Both the position numbers and the translations under genes were made by a program. A DNA stretch of 64,000 nucleotides from Phoronis australis (lineage: Eukaryota; Animalia; Phoronida): NCBI GenBank assembly GCA_002633005.1, contig NMRA01000037.1, positions 186,001 through 250,000 of the forward strand, given 5' to 3'. Shown here piece after piece: positions 12,454 to 24,700 of the stretch. Each line of letters starts with the position of its first letter. Position 1 is the first letter of the stretch. The notes beneath the pieces are model-generated. The model was not told the origin of the DNA. It saw only the letters and a list, made by a program, of their open reading frames with translations, and searched no databases.

Positions 12454-15400
12454 ATGAGCGGGTATCAAAAGATTCTCAGCGTTTTACGAAAAACGTGGCT
12501 ATCAGGAAGAGAGGCTGTACCACTTCTGTGTGTAGCAGACGACACAAAATTGAGTCTCGACAAATGCCGTTACTATCTTCGAATGATGCATCGTGCCGGC
12601 TACATCCGTTTTGACAACAAAAACAAAATATGTATATTGCAAGAAACGTCACGTTTCCCGAGAACTATTAAAGACTTACAGTCTTCAGCTACAGCACGCA
12701 ATATACCCACCCTCCAATGTACAAACCTATGGGATAGACACAGCGACTATGATCTTTTGGAATATGAGTCACGTGGTCATCCAAGACCGGACAGAACCAG
12801 CTCAAGGAAACAAAAAATGGCAAAACGCAAACAAAAGCAGAAAACAAACGAATCCAGAAAAGCTGACGTCGATATTTACTTAGATAATCAAGTCATTAAA
12901 AGTACAGAGGTCCTTTCTAGCTTAGACTGCGAGGTAGTTTTTCAAAGTGCATTGAAAAAACTATTAGCTCGTGTCATACCGATTCAACAGCTAAACAACA
13001 AGGAGACCAACGAGTTACTGATCAAACTTAACGAATCTTATGATGTTCTGAGAAGTCAAATGATACATCCGAACTCGGAGCACATTCCTTTTCTTCAGAG
13101 AATCGCCCTGTTACTGAAGCACTTCTTTGAGATGGGAATTCACAAATGTCCAAGTAACGATGCAGTAGTGGCATCACTGCTGTCTCACATGGTTGTCACA
13201 AGCAGCTACAAACTGCTCTCTGCTTTCACGCCAACAAGCATCCGTGGCGCAGAATACGACTTCACGAGTGAGATCCAAATGGTAAGAACAAACGCACGCA
13301 CGTGACCTGAAGCTACTCCTGAAAACATTTCTGTCCCGACGGGGTCTCGAATCCGGGACTTCACGCAATCCTTGAAAATACGCTCTCGAGTCACCGCGTT
13401 GATAAAGTACGAGGACATTACGACCAACATATAGCGTGCGAGAGGCTAATAGTTCTTATTCGTACCATATCAACGCGCTGAATCATGAAACACGCACAGA
13501 TACACGAATTTAATATCCGCTACAGAGACCAACAGTAGAATCCATCAATCTGTTACAAGCTTGCAGCAATCGTTAAAACACTGCCTTTATGTTCGAATTG
13601 TTATTAAGCAGGACCCTTTCTCTCCGATTCCGGAGTGCAGTGTTAGCACTACGGCAGGATGTTTCGAAAAAAAGCAATAAGTCTTACATCCGGTGTTCAT
13701 ACTGGCTGAAGCACTTGCGTTTTCGCTAGCATTTAGCTAGCAGCAAAAAACGTCAGTAATGCAAACGGTCACAAAGACCCAAAACTATTGGCGTTTTCTG
13801 TAACATTTTTGTAGTCAGACCGCTTACTTCAAACGCACTCGTGCGCAGAAGCAAGAAGCCTTAATTTTGTTTTATAGTCACATCAATCAATTTATGGCAG
13901 AGAGAGAACGCGCATAAAAAGCGACTCGGATGGTGAGGAAACAATTGCTGTTGAAAGCCCTTCGCGGACACGAATTTATTTTGGGTTACGCCCCACCTGC
14001 AACAAATCACCAAGACAACGGTGAAGACTTTGGATTTCACGTTCACGTGAAAAAACGTCACGATTTTCGGGCACTCGAACTCATTGCCTACAGCGTCATT
14101 TTCTTCTGAACGAGCTGTCTTTTTTCTTTGTTCCTTTCTGCATTACCGCTAGGTCTTTTGTGCTTCCATGTGTTTTGAAAGATGACTAATTGTTTCTGTA
14201 ACGGACATTTTCAATTCGTGTGCTGAAGTCTTAACGAAATTTTCGCCAGAACTTGAAGTAGATACTTTGTCCTTTGTAGTAATTGCAGTTTCATGGTGAT
14301 GCGCATCCGCTTAAAAATTGATCCATATCATCTCCAACTAGACGAGAACCGGTCACGAGAATATTAAGACGGGTCAAAGATACACACAATCAAAGGAGTG
14401 TCCTTTTTCGAATCACCCATGATCAAATAAAAGCTCTTATCTTACCCTGTTTTAAACATAGAAGAGCCCCATTATGTTCGCATTGTTGTTATATACGGAC
14501 CCTCGCTCTCGGCTTTCAGCAAATGTGTTCCTACGAGTCGTGTTCTAGTAAAAAGTAAGGTATTATTTAACTTCGTATTTTAATTACTGACTCACCTTAT
14601 ATTACAGATTATATCCATGTTTGTCAAATCTTGCTACCCTGATCAATGTACACCGGGAAGGGGCCCTTCAAATACAAGAGCTCTATCAAGCAGAGGTGTA
14701 ATTGCTGCACATGCTCACTCCAGTCACCATGACTACCCGACGGCCAAGAGTCACTATACAGACGACACGGAGAACGAAATGCATTTTGGGATTCCTTCAG
14801 ACACGGTAGGCTCTCAAATGGAAATTTCTGTCGAAGATGTTGACCCTCTGTGCAGTAGTCAGCAACATGACATGGAAGTATACACAGGCGTGACCACGGG
14901 AAGGTCGGGATTGGATTTTGACGGGAATGTTAAGGAGCAAACAGAGTTTTGGTCTAAGAGAGATTATGCCGATGAAGATTCAGAAAGGAAACGTAGATCA
15001 CAGATATCGATCGAAGACAGTTCAGCTAGAGAACAGATGGAGTACTGGACGAATCAAAGTACGGAAGAGGAGTATGCTCGCCGAGAACCGATACACATCG
15101 ATGACAGCAGCGCAAACGAGCACATGAGATTTTGGAAGGAGAGAGAATCTTTATCAAATGAAGAACGAGGACATCATTCGGATGACATAGCCAGAAAATC
15201 GCCCAACACAGTTGAAAGCGAAAAATTGGTGTCAGGACTTATTCAAGATCTGGATGTAGAGAGGCAGAATCCGGATTCCTCGATTGCAAGCCTAAATTTA
15301 AAACTTACTGAACAGGCATCAGATACGTTTATTAAAAACGAAGGAGCAACTCTATCAAGCTCAAGTATCAAATTGCAAAACAACGACTCGTCTTTATCTG

Positions 15401-15558
15401 TCAGTCAAGACGCGAGTGCACGGAAGTCCATTAATACGCTAAATAGTGAACGATTGGTCTCACAAGTGGCTACAGATCTTCAACAAGAAAAAATGAACCC
15501 GAACTCTTCCATTGCTACCATAAATTTGACAATATTAGACGAGGACTCTCCCCATTAA
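12454..15558 (+). CDS. Paralog A: winged-helix + degenerate HEPN-like domain + repeat-rich acidic tail (~590 aa)
   Basis: Exon 12454-13281 ends at ATG|gtaaga. The phase-0 acceptor tacag|ATT at 14608 joins it to the ORF ending at 15558; AATAAA at 15611. Clear similarity to paralog B (MSGYQKILSVLR / MREYQRVLSSLR, PRTIKDL, LNxSY, DFTxE). The exon join is inferred. Confidence 0.7.
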
Positions 15559-17337
15559 TTCATAATTGTGGAGAGTTAAAACTCTTTCGAAAAGGTCGGA
15601 CGAAAATTCAAATAAAAATGCAAAATTTAACACATTAAATGGCATGTTTGCCTGGTTCCTGTCATTCTGATGAGCAAAATATGACTACTCCTTCAATGAT
15701 TTGTAAACCAATTCGAACATACATGTTTTCAAGATATAATTTATAAATTGAACTGAATTTAATGATCCGCATACTGGTGGGCGATGCTTCGCAGTTCCTA
15801 TTTCACACTCTTCGGTTGTCTGCGTAAACGAATTAGGTTTTCCGTCATAAAGAGGTAACCGTCACGCCATCTAGTCATCAGGCCGGTAATCCACCAGTTC
15901 CCATTTTTTATAAATCTCTGATTATTTCATCATATAAAGATAAACTTGACGTCACACAAGACGAAATTCCTCCTCTATATTCATAGGTAAGTCTGTCTGG
16001 ACCCATTTTAATTGATAGATAAAACGGCTGGACGGATGCACAAAACATTTCCGGAAAATTCCAGAAAGCCATTGATTCCGCAAGAGCGTAATGCACCATG
16101 CGTGATGCATTTACTCATTCAGATAACCGATGCGTTTTCATGGTTTCGAATGCGCTTTCGAACAAAAACCATTTGGCATGTTCTTTAAAATAAAACACAA
16201 CAGTAGAAACCCATGGGCCCACAACCCAGCCTTTCTTGAACATAGTGGGTCCAAAACATTTACAAGGAGCAGTGTGTATGTGTTACACGTGAATAACGCT
16301 GTGAGAACGCAGGTTACCGTGACTATATGTTGTTTTATATTTCGGGGAGAGCACAAACTTACCCCTTAACAAGCGGAGATAGGCAACTGCATGTTGGCAA
16401 GCGACTTGTTGAACCACAACTGTAAGGCAACACTTGGAAGTTTCAATTGAGAAGCCTATCGCTGACGTCATGAAAACGGAATCCACCCCGTTATGCATAT
16501 TCAGTCGCTACTCAGTCCCAGTTTTCAAATAAACTCCGTGCGTATTACGCTGTTACTGTTTATGCATCACAAACAAATGAAAATATCTCTTTTATTTTGC
16601 TGCTAAAATATTTCTCATTACGCGTTGGTCACTAATGGAAACAGGTCTTAAAATAAAAAGTGGTACAAATGTTACATATCACGCAGAATCACGTACAGGA
16701 AGTAGTAAAGTGTGAATCCTGAACTCTCAAACAATTGAAAACATTCTAATGCAGGAGCAGCATTCGATCGTAGTCAAACTATTCGTACCAAAAAACAATC
16801 TGAAGTCTAAATTGATGGAATGGTCAATAAAGCCATTTTTGGATGTTCTATAGACATTCTGTTAGCACTTTTTGATTAACGACAAAAGATTAATTCATCC
16901 GTAATGCTCATCTGTAATAGTTCACAACATCCGGGCAAAAGGCTGATCGGACGTCTGACACGCTGTATGAAAAAATAACTTGGGAACGCTCGTCAGATGT
17001 CTCGTTTGCCTTCTTTTGTTCACCACCAAACCAGGCGTCAGATCTCTCATCTCAACGTACGAAAAGCTACATTCCAAGCCCGTACTTCTGGTTAGGAGAC
17101 TTTTTTCGAACGCGCATTAATATTATGCTAATTACTCGTAATGCGCCAGACAGGAATTGCCATTGTGAAGGTTCGTTTAAGCAGCTCATCTACGCTATGG
17201 AAAATCGTCCCATCTGTTTTCTCATAAAATTCCAGATGTCAACATGGCTTAATTCATTTGTTTCAGCTCAGTTCACAAAATAGTCCCTGGTAATCGCACA
17301 GCTCCAGTATTGTGGTAAAGAGAAATCACGTACCAGA

Positions 17338-20300
17338 ATGCGCGAGTACCAGAGAGTACTCAGTTCACTGAGGGGAGTTTGGATAAATGGGGGTACCACC
17401 ATCTCTTTCTCACAACTATGCGGGAGGGCAAATCTCTCGGAACAGCGATGTCGTCATTTCGTCGAACTGTTGCGGAAAGCACGGTGTATTGAGTACGACA
17501 AACTCAACCAGTTATCCATTTTGTTACCAACTTGTTACATACCCAGAACAATAAAGGTAAGTTTGCAGACTAGATATATGCGTTCTATAATATTATTTGA
17601 GAACAACGAGCAACATGAAGGATCGCCACAACGTGCGAGATTTAAACTCACATTGAATACTTCTCTTCTTGTAACTTACTCATAAAATACATCGCATTGT
17701 TTTACTTTTGAAATAAGAATTTTCACCCAATAGTCAGTCCAATTACCTGGCTATAGCTGTACTGAACTCATTCTGTATTTTCAATCATACCAGGATTTAA
17801 AAAGTCACGCAACAAAAATGGCGAGAAGAGGGCGTGAATCACGTGACTCAGGGGATGGTGAGAGTGAAGACGAATTACAGGATGATCTGGACTCGAAAAA
17901 CACAAATGACGCAAAAGATGCGTTATCCGTAACTAAGCGCATAGATTCTAGCATCGACCTTTCACTGGATACCAACAGTAAATCCTATCAAGACGTCATC
18001 AAAGCAAACATTCGATTCTTTGACTGTATGACGCTATTATACAGTGCATGCCGGAAGCTGCTTCTAAGAGTGTTCCCAAGAAACGAAGTGATCGACATGG
18101 ACTTGGTCGTGCTGTTATATACATTGAACGCTTCCTATAATGACTTGCGGTTCCACTTGCTTAGACAAACCAATGCCATGAAAGACCAACTATCGAAAAC
18201 AGTCAACATCCTTATTGAATCCCGGCACAAGCTGGCTCACAATACAGACTGTCATATGATGACTCCCCATGACATCATTTCCACTCACACCATAATATCC
18301 TGTGCCTTTCATGTACTATCATCATTTGAGCCGTCCTGTACACAAAACAGCGACTGTGATTTCACGGTGGAATACCAAAGGGTAAGAATATTTCACAAAC
18401 TGCACATGCAGTTGTGCCTACTTCAATGCGCTAAGTACGTCAAGGGGGTCAGTTTTCAACGTTGAGTGACTTAGATCACTTTTAAACGGGTGTCCAAATT
18501 TAATGTTACACCGGGTCATTCCAAAGTTTAAGACCGGATGAGCATGGTAATATTTTTAATATTTTAAACCACAAAGCTCTTCGATTAGAATTCAAGATTG
18601 ACATCTAAACAGCGGCGACATGTATCTTTAACTAAAACCACGGAATTTCTGTAAAAGAGGGAATCTCGTGTTTGTGTCACACAAGTGCATTAATTTGTAA
18701 CTTTATTTATAAGTAGTAACTCTATCCACCAGATGCGCGACTTGATGATGCAGTCCATCGTACACATCACTTCACTGATAATTGTCAACCAGAAGGCCAT
18801 TACCAGCAGACTCAGTAGACTTGATGTTATTGCCCTTCACATTGACGAGGCTGTGTGCAAAATGCAACAGGAGGAATGGCAGAATCAAAACAACCGAAGA
18901 TGCAGCACGTGCGGATCAAACACGTGGAACAGTTTTGACGCAGAGTCGGGCAACATCGTCCCATGGTCGAACCCACAAATGAAAGAGTCCAAGAGAGCGC
19001 ACCAAACGCGAGAATGGTCAGACCAAAATGAACCTCGCTTCCGATTCACTCAAAACCAGCAAGAATCGACTCTGAACCATGACTATGACAACAAAGAGGC
19101 TAAGATATCAGAATCTTGGATGAATCAGTTCCAACGATACGCAAGTTCGCTAAGGTCCTGGGTGAGCAGAAACCAAAGAGAAGAAAATCACCAAACAGGA
19201 CCAAACCACCTAATATACGACGGTCAGTGGCAAAATGTGCCTCAGTTAGAAAACTCTTCCAGTCAAGCAATGGAGAGCAAATTACAGAGAGCCGACAGTG
19301 ACACCCAACGAGTGTCACAAGCGAGAATGTTGGTAAGCAAAATCATGGACCATGCAAAACGGACAGTCTCTTGGTTTGATGGGAGAAAACGTACCGATCA
19401 GACAAACAGTGAAGACAGCCAACAGGAAAGTGATATGTCGGATGAAGAAGACACTGAAAATGAATGGGACACCGAAAAACACGAACTAGAGTACGAGGAC
19501 AACGAAAACGCAAAGGAAACGGGAATGTCTGTTGAACGCAAAAGCCAGACAGACGCTAAAATAACACAGTGTGACCAAAAAAGTCTGGATAAGCTTTTTG
19601 GGAATCAACGTTTATCAACAGCGGACCATATAGAAGTTGCCAGCAGAATCTGCCGTCAAGTACTGTCCCGCTCGAGAGCAATTGTGGAAGAAGACATGCA
19701 GAATCAATTCTACAACAACCCGGAAGAAGGCCGTCAACAAGAAGAAAACCCCTGTAAACGATTGTCAAGGTCAGGCTCTCAAGGGTGGTATGAACAGTGC
19801 AAAAAACGAGATGCTGGCAAGCGTACTTCGTCACCTGGCGCAAAAAATGTGGGAATTGAAACTTCTTTGGAAAAGTTCTTTGGAAGAAGTGGCTCGATTG
19901 CAGACGTTGGTACAAGAATGTCTAACGCAGGCGTATATTCGTCCTTTTTGGGAACGTATCAAGGAGTCGATATAGGTACACGGATGTCAATGACAGGGAC
20001 ATACGATGTAGGTGTGCGAACGTCATTTACCGGTACAGACGTTGGAACACACAAGAGTGTTACAGGAGCCGAGATTGGAACTCGAATGTCTGGACCATTT
20101 CCGGACGACATGGGATCTTTGTATGAAAAGGAATACTCAGCTATAAATAGAAATGATCCCAGCGGTTACCAAGCGACTGTCTCGACCAGCCACGCACGGA
20201 AGTCGTTTCTAGAAAGAGAACCCGGCACTCACCAGTCTTTCACAGGCGTAAACATGGAGAAACTAGGTCCTTTTGATGTACACATGTCCTCTGAGGAAAT

Positions 20301-20916
20301 TGGAAGATTGCGGGACACTACGAGAAGAAAAACAGTTTCAGGTATCCGAGAAGTATGGGATAATAAAAAACATGTGCCTACTCGAACACCACCTGTTGGC
20401 ATGGCGACCACAGGCACTAGAATGTCAGAGCCCTTCACAAGCGAACTAGGCAAACCTACCGACACCAGGGGAATGGTGACGACAATTCGAGACACGACGT
20501 CGCCCCTAGTGTTCCCTGGTACACCTGGAAAAAGGCCGATGGAACGACAAAAGGAGCTGCTGGTGTATCCTGATGAGAAGCTGACAGAGGAAAATCTGGA
20601 CAAGTTATCTTACTACTTGCAGGAATTACTCTTTGTCAAAAGTGTTCATCTCTCAAAGAAACCAAAAGAGAAGTCAAAGAAGAAAAATAAAATGACCCAG
20701 CACTTGGTAGAAATCAATATTGAGTTGCAAGAAAAGAACCCATTGTTCTACAAACTTCTAATTAAATCAAATGTTGACGCGCTAGCTCGCTACATCGGCT
20801 GCCAGCTTCCCCCAAGCTTTATGCCAAGTGTGTTAATGACAGGAGAAGAGACAGGTTTGGTGCGCTATACAATGGAGGACGAAAAAATGAAGGGAAAGAT
20901 GACTTGCATGGGTTGA
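17338..20916 (+). CDS. Paralog B: winged-helix + Swt1-like HEPN (RHKLAH) + long disordered repeat tail (~996 aa)
   Basis: Exons 17338-17556, 17794-18381 and 18733-20916, joined by phase-0 GT-AG introns (AAG|gtaagt..cag|GAT; AGG|gtaaga..cag|ATG). AATAAA at 20984. Rx4H motif at 18223-18240. Confidence 0.8.
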
Positions 20917-21373
20917 AGGTGAAGGGTCAAAAGGTCATCATCAGTCAGACGAAGACATCATCAAAGTCACTTCATTCTGATTAAATAAAATCAATTTCAA
21001 TACTTGCTTAATAATGGAACAAAATATGATGGTGTAAAATTACATCCAGCTGATATCTCAACATACATACAGCACTGGGGTCAGTAACAACGCCACATTA
21101 GGAAATTTTTTTATTGAATTACATGGGATTTCCAGACTTGGCTCAACAAAGCACCTGTAATATCACAGGTATACTATATACAAATAAATATGAGTGACAA
21201 ACCAGAAAAAAATAAATTTTCAGATGTATGTTAATTTATTAAAACATCCAAACTGATCCTACACTATAGACAGTTTAAGCGGCTATGAACCCACCTTGGC
21301 CCACAAAAGCCAAATCACCATTGGTTTAAAATAGTGCTTTTGTCAAATAAGTGGTGACTTCAGGGCTTGGAAG

Positions 21374-21457
21374 GTATTTACAGCTTGTTATTGCTGTCAG
21401 TATTTACAGCTTGTTATTGCTGTCAGTATTTATAGCTTATTATTGTTGTCAGTATTT
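21374..21457. repeat. 26-bp minisatellite, ~3 copies, in the TXNDC9-like 3'UTR region
   Basis: GTATTTACAGCTTGTTATTGCTGTCA tandem units. Confidence 0.85.
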
Positions 21458-21780
21458 CCAAGCCAAGAAGCAACTTCCCATCTGAGTTAGGAACAAGTTT
21501 TACAGTTGTCTAAATCAGACATTTTCTTCTACTCAATGCAGGGTTATAGCCACTTCAAACGAAAACACACCATTGACCTGTAACACGAATTTGCATGTCA
21601 CATGAAAAAACATCCAAAATCATGAAAAAAAAACATCAGAACAACAACATACTAAAAGTACATAATAAATTTTTACTGTTCGAGCATATATGAGTCGCTG
21701 GACGACATTAACGCATGTACTTGCAACTCGCATGAGTGTAAATGGTCACTTTTGTAAACCTGTGTTGACCTGGCCACACA

Positions 21781-24700
21781 CTAATAATCATCATCATCCT
21801 CGTCATCACTATCTTCCTTTTTAAGTGTTCCAAATATTGTTTTCTTGTCTTTTTTCACTTCCACCTCATCGTCAGACTCAATATCATCACCAGGAATCAC
21901 ACCTAGATTAAAATTATAACAGACTCCGTTATATGCATTTCAAGAAAGATCAATATTCTAGCTCTGACACATTATTCATTGAAAAAATAAAGTTCTGTGA
22001 CTCAACTGTAGTCGCTTTTAAAGACCAAAGGAAACATTTACGTAGTGTATTGTTATGTCAAAATTAAGAGGAAAATGCTCACCTGAAAGTGATAATCTCT
22101 TCTCCAAAACTGATGTTGGGAAGTTGTCAGAGTTTCCGAGTGTGTCAAAACCAGTAATTCTGTAGTAAAAATACATTAGGTAGTTAACACAACATGGACA
22201 GGCAGATCTGTCGCAATGTTGCGAGCAATTCCTGAGGCATTTTTTGTCACTCATACATCCTTAAATCCACATATAATTCCTAAGAAAGGAACCTCTCTTA
22301 TTCTCAACTGCATAGTTTGAACAAAGAAACAACACCACATAAAGACTTCAAGGATGCAAAGATAAGTAGAGAGTGTTCAGCAATTTCTACCCAGGCACAC
22401 AGTCTCTTAATTTGTTTAGAACGCCAAAAAGTGTTCTAAGCTGAAAGATACTTCAACTTCATACGAAGTAGCTGGGATATTTAAGGGGTGCCTTTCAGAA
22501 ACTGAAATGAGCAACCTTAAAGACGTTTTTTAGAATTGAATATACAGATGTATCAATCACAGATATTCGTATAACCGATCATGGGTATTTAGGATGGGAA
22601 ATTTTGAAACTTAGCATGCATATGTGAACCCGAAAATGGGCATTTACCCTGACAAAAAAGTGTAGGATAGTACTCGCCTGTCTTTCACATCTTCCTTCAG
22701 AATGCACAGGAGAAGTGGCAGGACTCGGACATTTAGCCGCTTTACTAAAAAAGGAGCGGAGTCCACGTTAATTTTGACAAACTTCGTTCCAAAATACTTC
22801 TCCGAAAGTTTCTGCAAGAGAACCAAATGGGAATAATGTAACGTTGCTATAGTGATGCTTCACTTCAAGCTTTCTACACTTGTAAGCCCATCATACAGTC
22901 TTAGAAATAGCTGCTTGAATCCACATGAAACTTTCAGATACCATGCTTCATACACTGTTCTCAAAAATTGTTTCTAAAATGTTTCACTTTTACACGAGGG
23001 GCTATCAAAAATAGAATTTTTGTAATTTCCAGAAAGAAATCCAAAAATGCATAAAAAACAAGACATTTTAGAAAATTGTATCAGTGTTTTTGAGATCTAA
23101 CTTGGTACATTTATATCAAATGAAATAAAATTTATCACGTTACTGATACTATCATTTTGCTATCGACATTACTTTATTTTTTACAAAATTTTACTAAGAA
23201 TATGGTCACATGACCCAATTTATAATAGATTTGCTAAAATGTCAAAAAGCAAATTCTACAGGCTTCATACTTTCAGAAAATACATTCTTTTACCGAATTA
23301 AAGTATATACTTTGGAGATATTTGGCTGGTCAATAGGATTATACAAAATCCTAAGTCAGTTTTTGAACAATTACTTAAATACCAACCCCAGCGGAGCCTC
23401 ATTTACACAACACTGAAAAGGCAAATCATGCAAACACGTCTCCATAAGAGGGGTGTTTTCAAATTATTCAAATTGGTAGTATCAAATGTGTAATAAAACG
23501 TATTTGATATTTGGTTCAAAATATCCTGTACTATATGTCTTGCCAATAAAAACAGCATGTTCACAATGCTCAAACGTTCCACTGGGTAAGACAATTATCG
23601 AACGTCTAGAAAATATATTGCAAAAAAATACTACAGTTGACTCTAGTAAGTGTTGATCATTCCCACAAGTCTTCATGGATTTCCACAGGACTTACTTCTA
23701 AGTGCGTGTCCATTATTAAACACCGTTTGAAGTCAGAATGGTAAAAATGCACCACACATTTTTCCACACTTGTTGTGATGGCTAAGAGTTCTTTTTCTGT
23801 TTTCACATCACTGAAACAAATTCATATGTATATTAAACTTCACAAAATGCTTGATTTAAAAACTGCAATAGCATGCATATTCAATAAGCAATTGAGTATT
23901 GCAGTTATTTAACTGCAGCAATAAATAAACTTTTAAGTTATTAAGAAATTCTCAAAATACAGTCATAACGTAGTTACGTGACCAACATACAAAGGATATC
24001 AAAAATTTAATACTAAAAACAACAAAATCTACACAAAGATTGTTATCTGCAAGTGAGAAATGTTGAGACCAAACAAAATTAGAAACAGGTAAAAACACTT
24101 TAAAATCTGCAAACAATATAAATCAAAAAAACACAACTTTTCAAATCTTAATGGGTGCAACTCTTCATCAGCACAACTTGTCTTGAAACCTGATAAAGAA
24201 CCGAACCCATTACGGTTGAAAAGCTAGGGTTTTTTAACAATAGCTTTACCGTGCAGTAAAGAATTTTTACCTGTTTCTACATTGCTATCTTCAAGACAGT
24301 CTAAAACACTTTCATCTGAAAATGCCATTAGTCACATTATTAAATATAATGCTGCTTAGAGCATGAAAAGGCACAATTATCAGAAAAAAATGGACAAAAA
24401 CTTGATATAGTTCAGCCAAATCAGTCCATGTGGTCTCAAATATAAGGTGAAGTTCTAAACAACTCTCACTTGACCCATTTATGCTCTGATCAGACCTCTA
24501 ATTCCCATGCTCAGATTCCTAATAACACATTGACTATGGCAGGAGACTAAATGTGAGGAAGGGCACAACACTGCCAGCGCAACTACTGAACCCAAAGACC
24601 AGATCCTGTAACCACCACATTCAGAGGTCAGATACTGTGCTTGGAACTTTGCAGCTGATTGGACAGCTAATTTATGACTGAGCCTGGCTATTACATTGTT

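Noticed and set aside
12454-12672. Z-alpha (Z-DNA/Z-RNA binding) domain call for the N-terminal wHTH
   Set aside because: The Z-alpha NxxxY and wing P..W residues are missing in both paralogs; only a generic wHTH is supportable.
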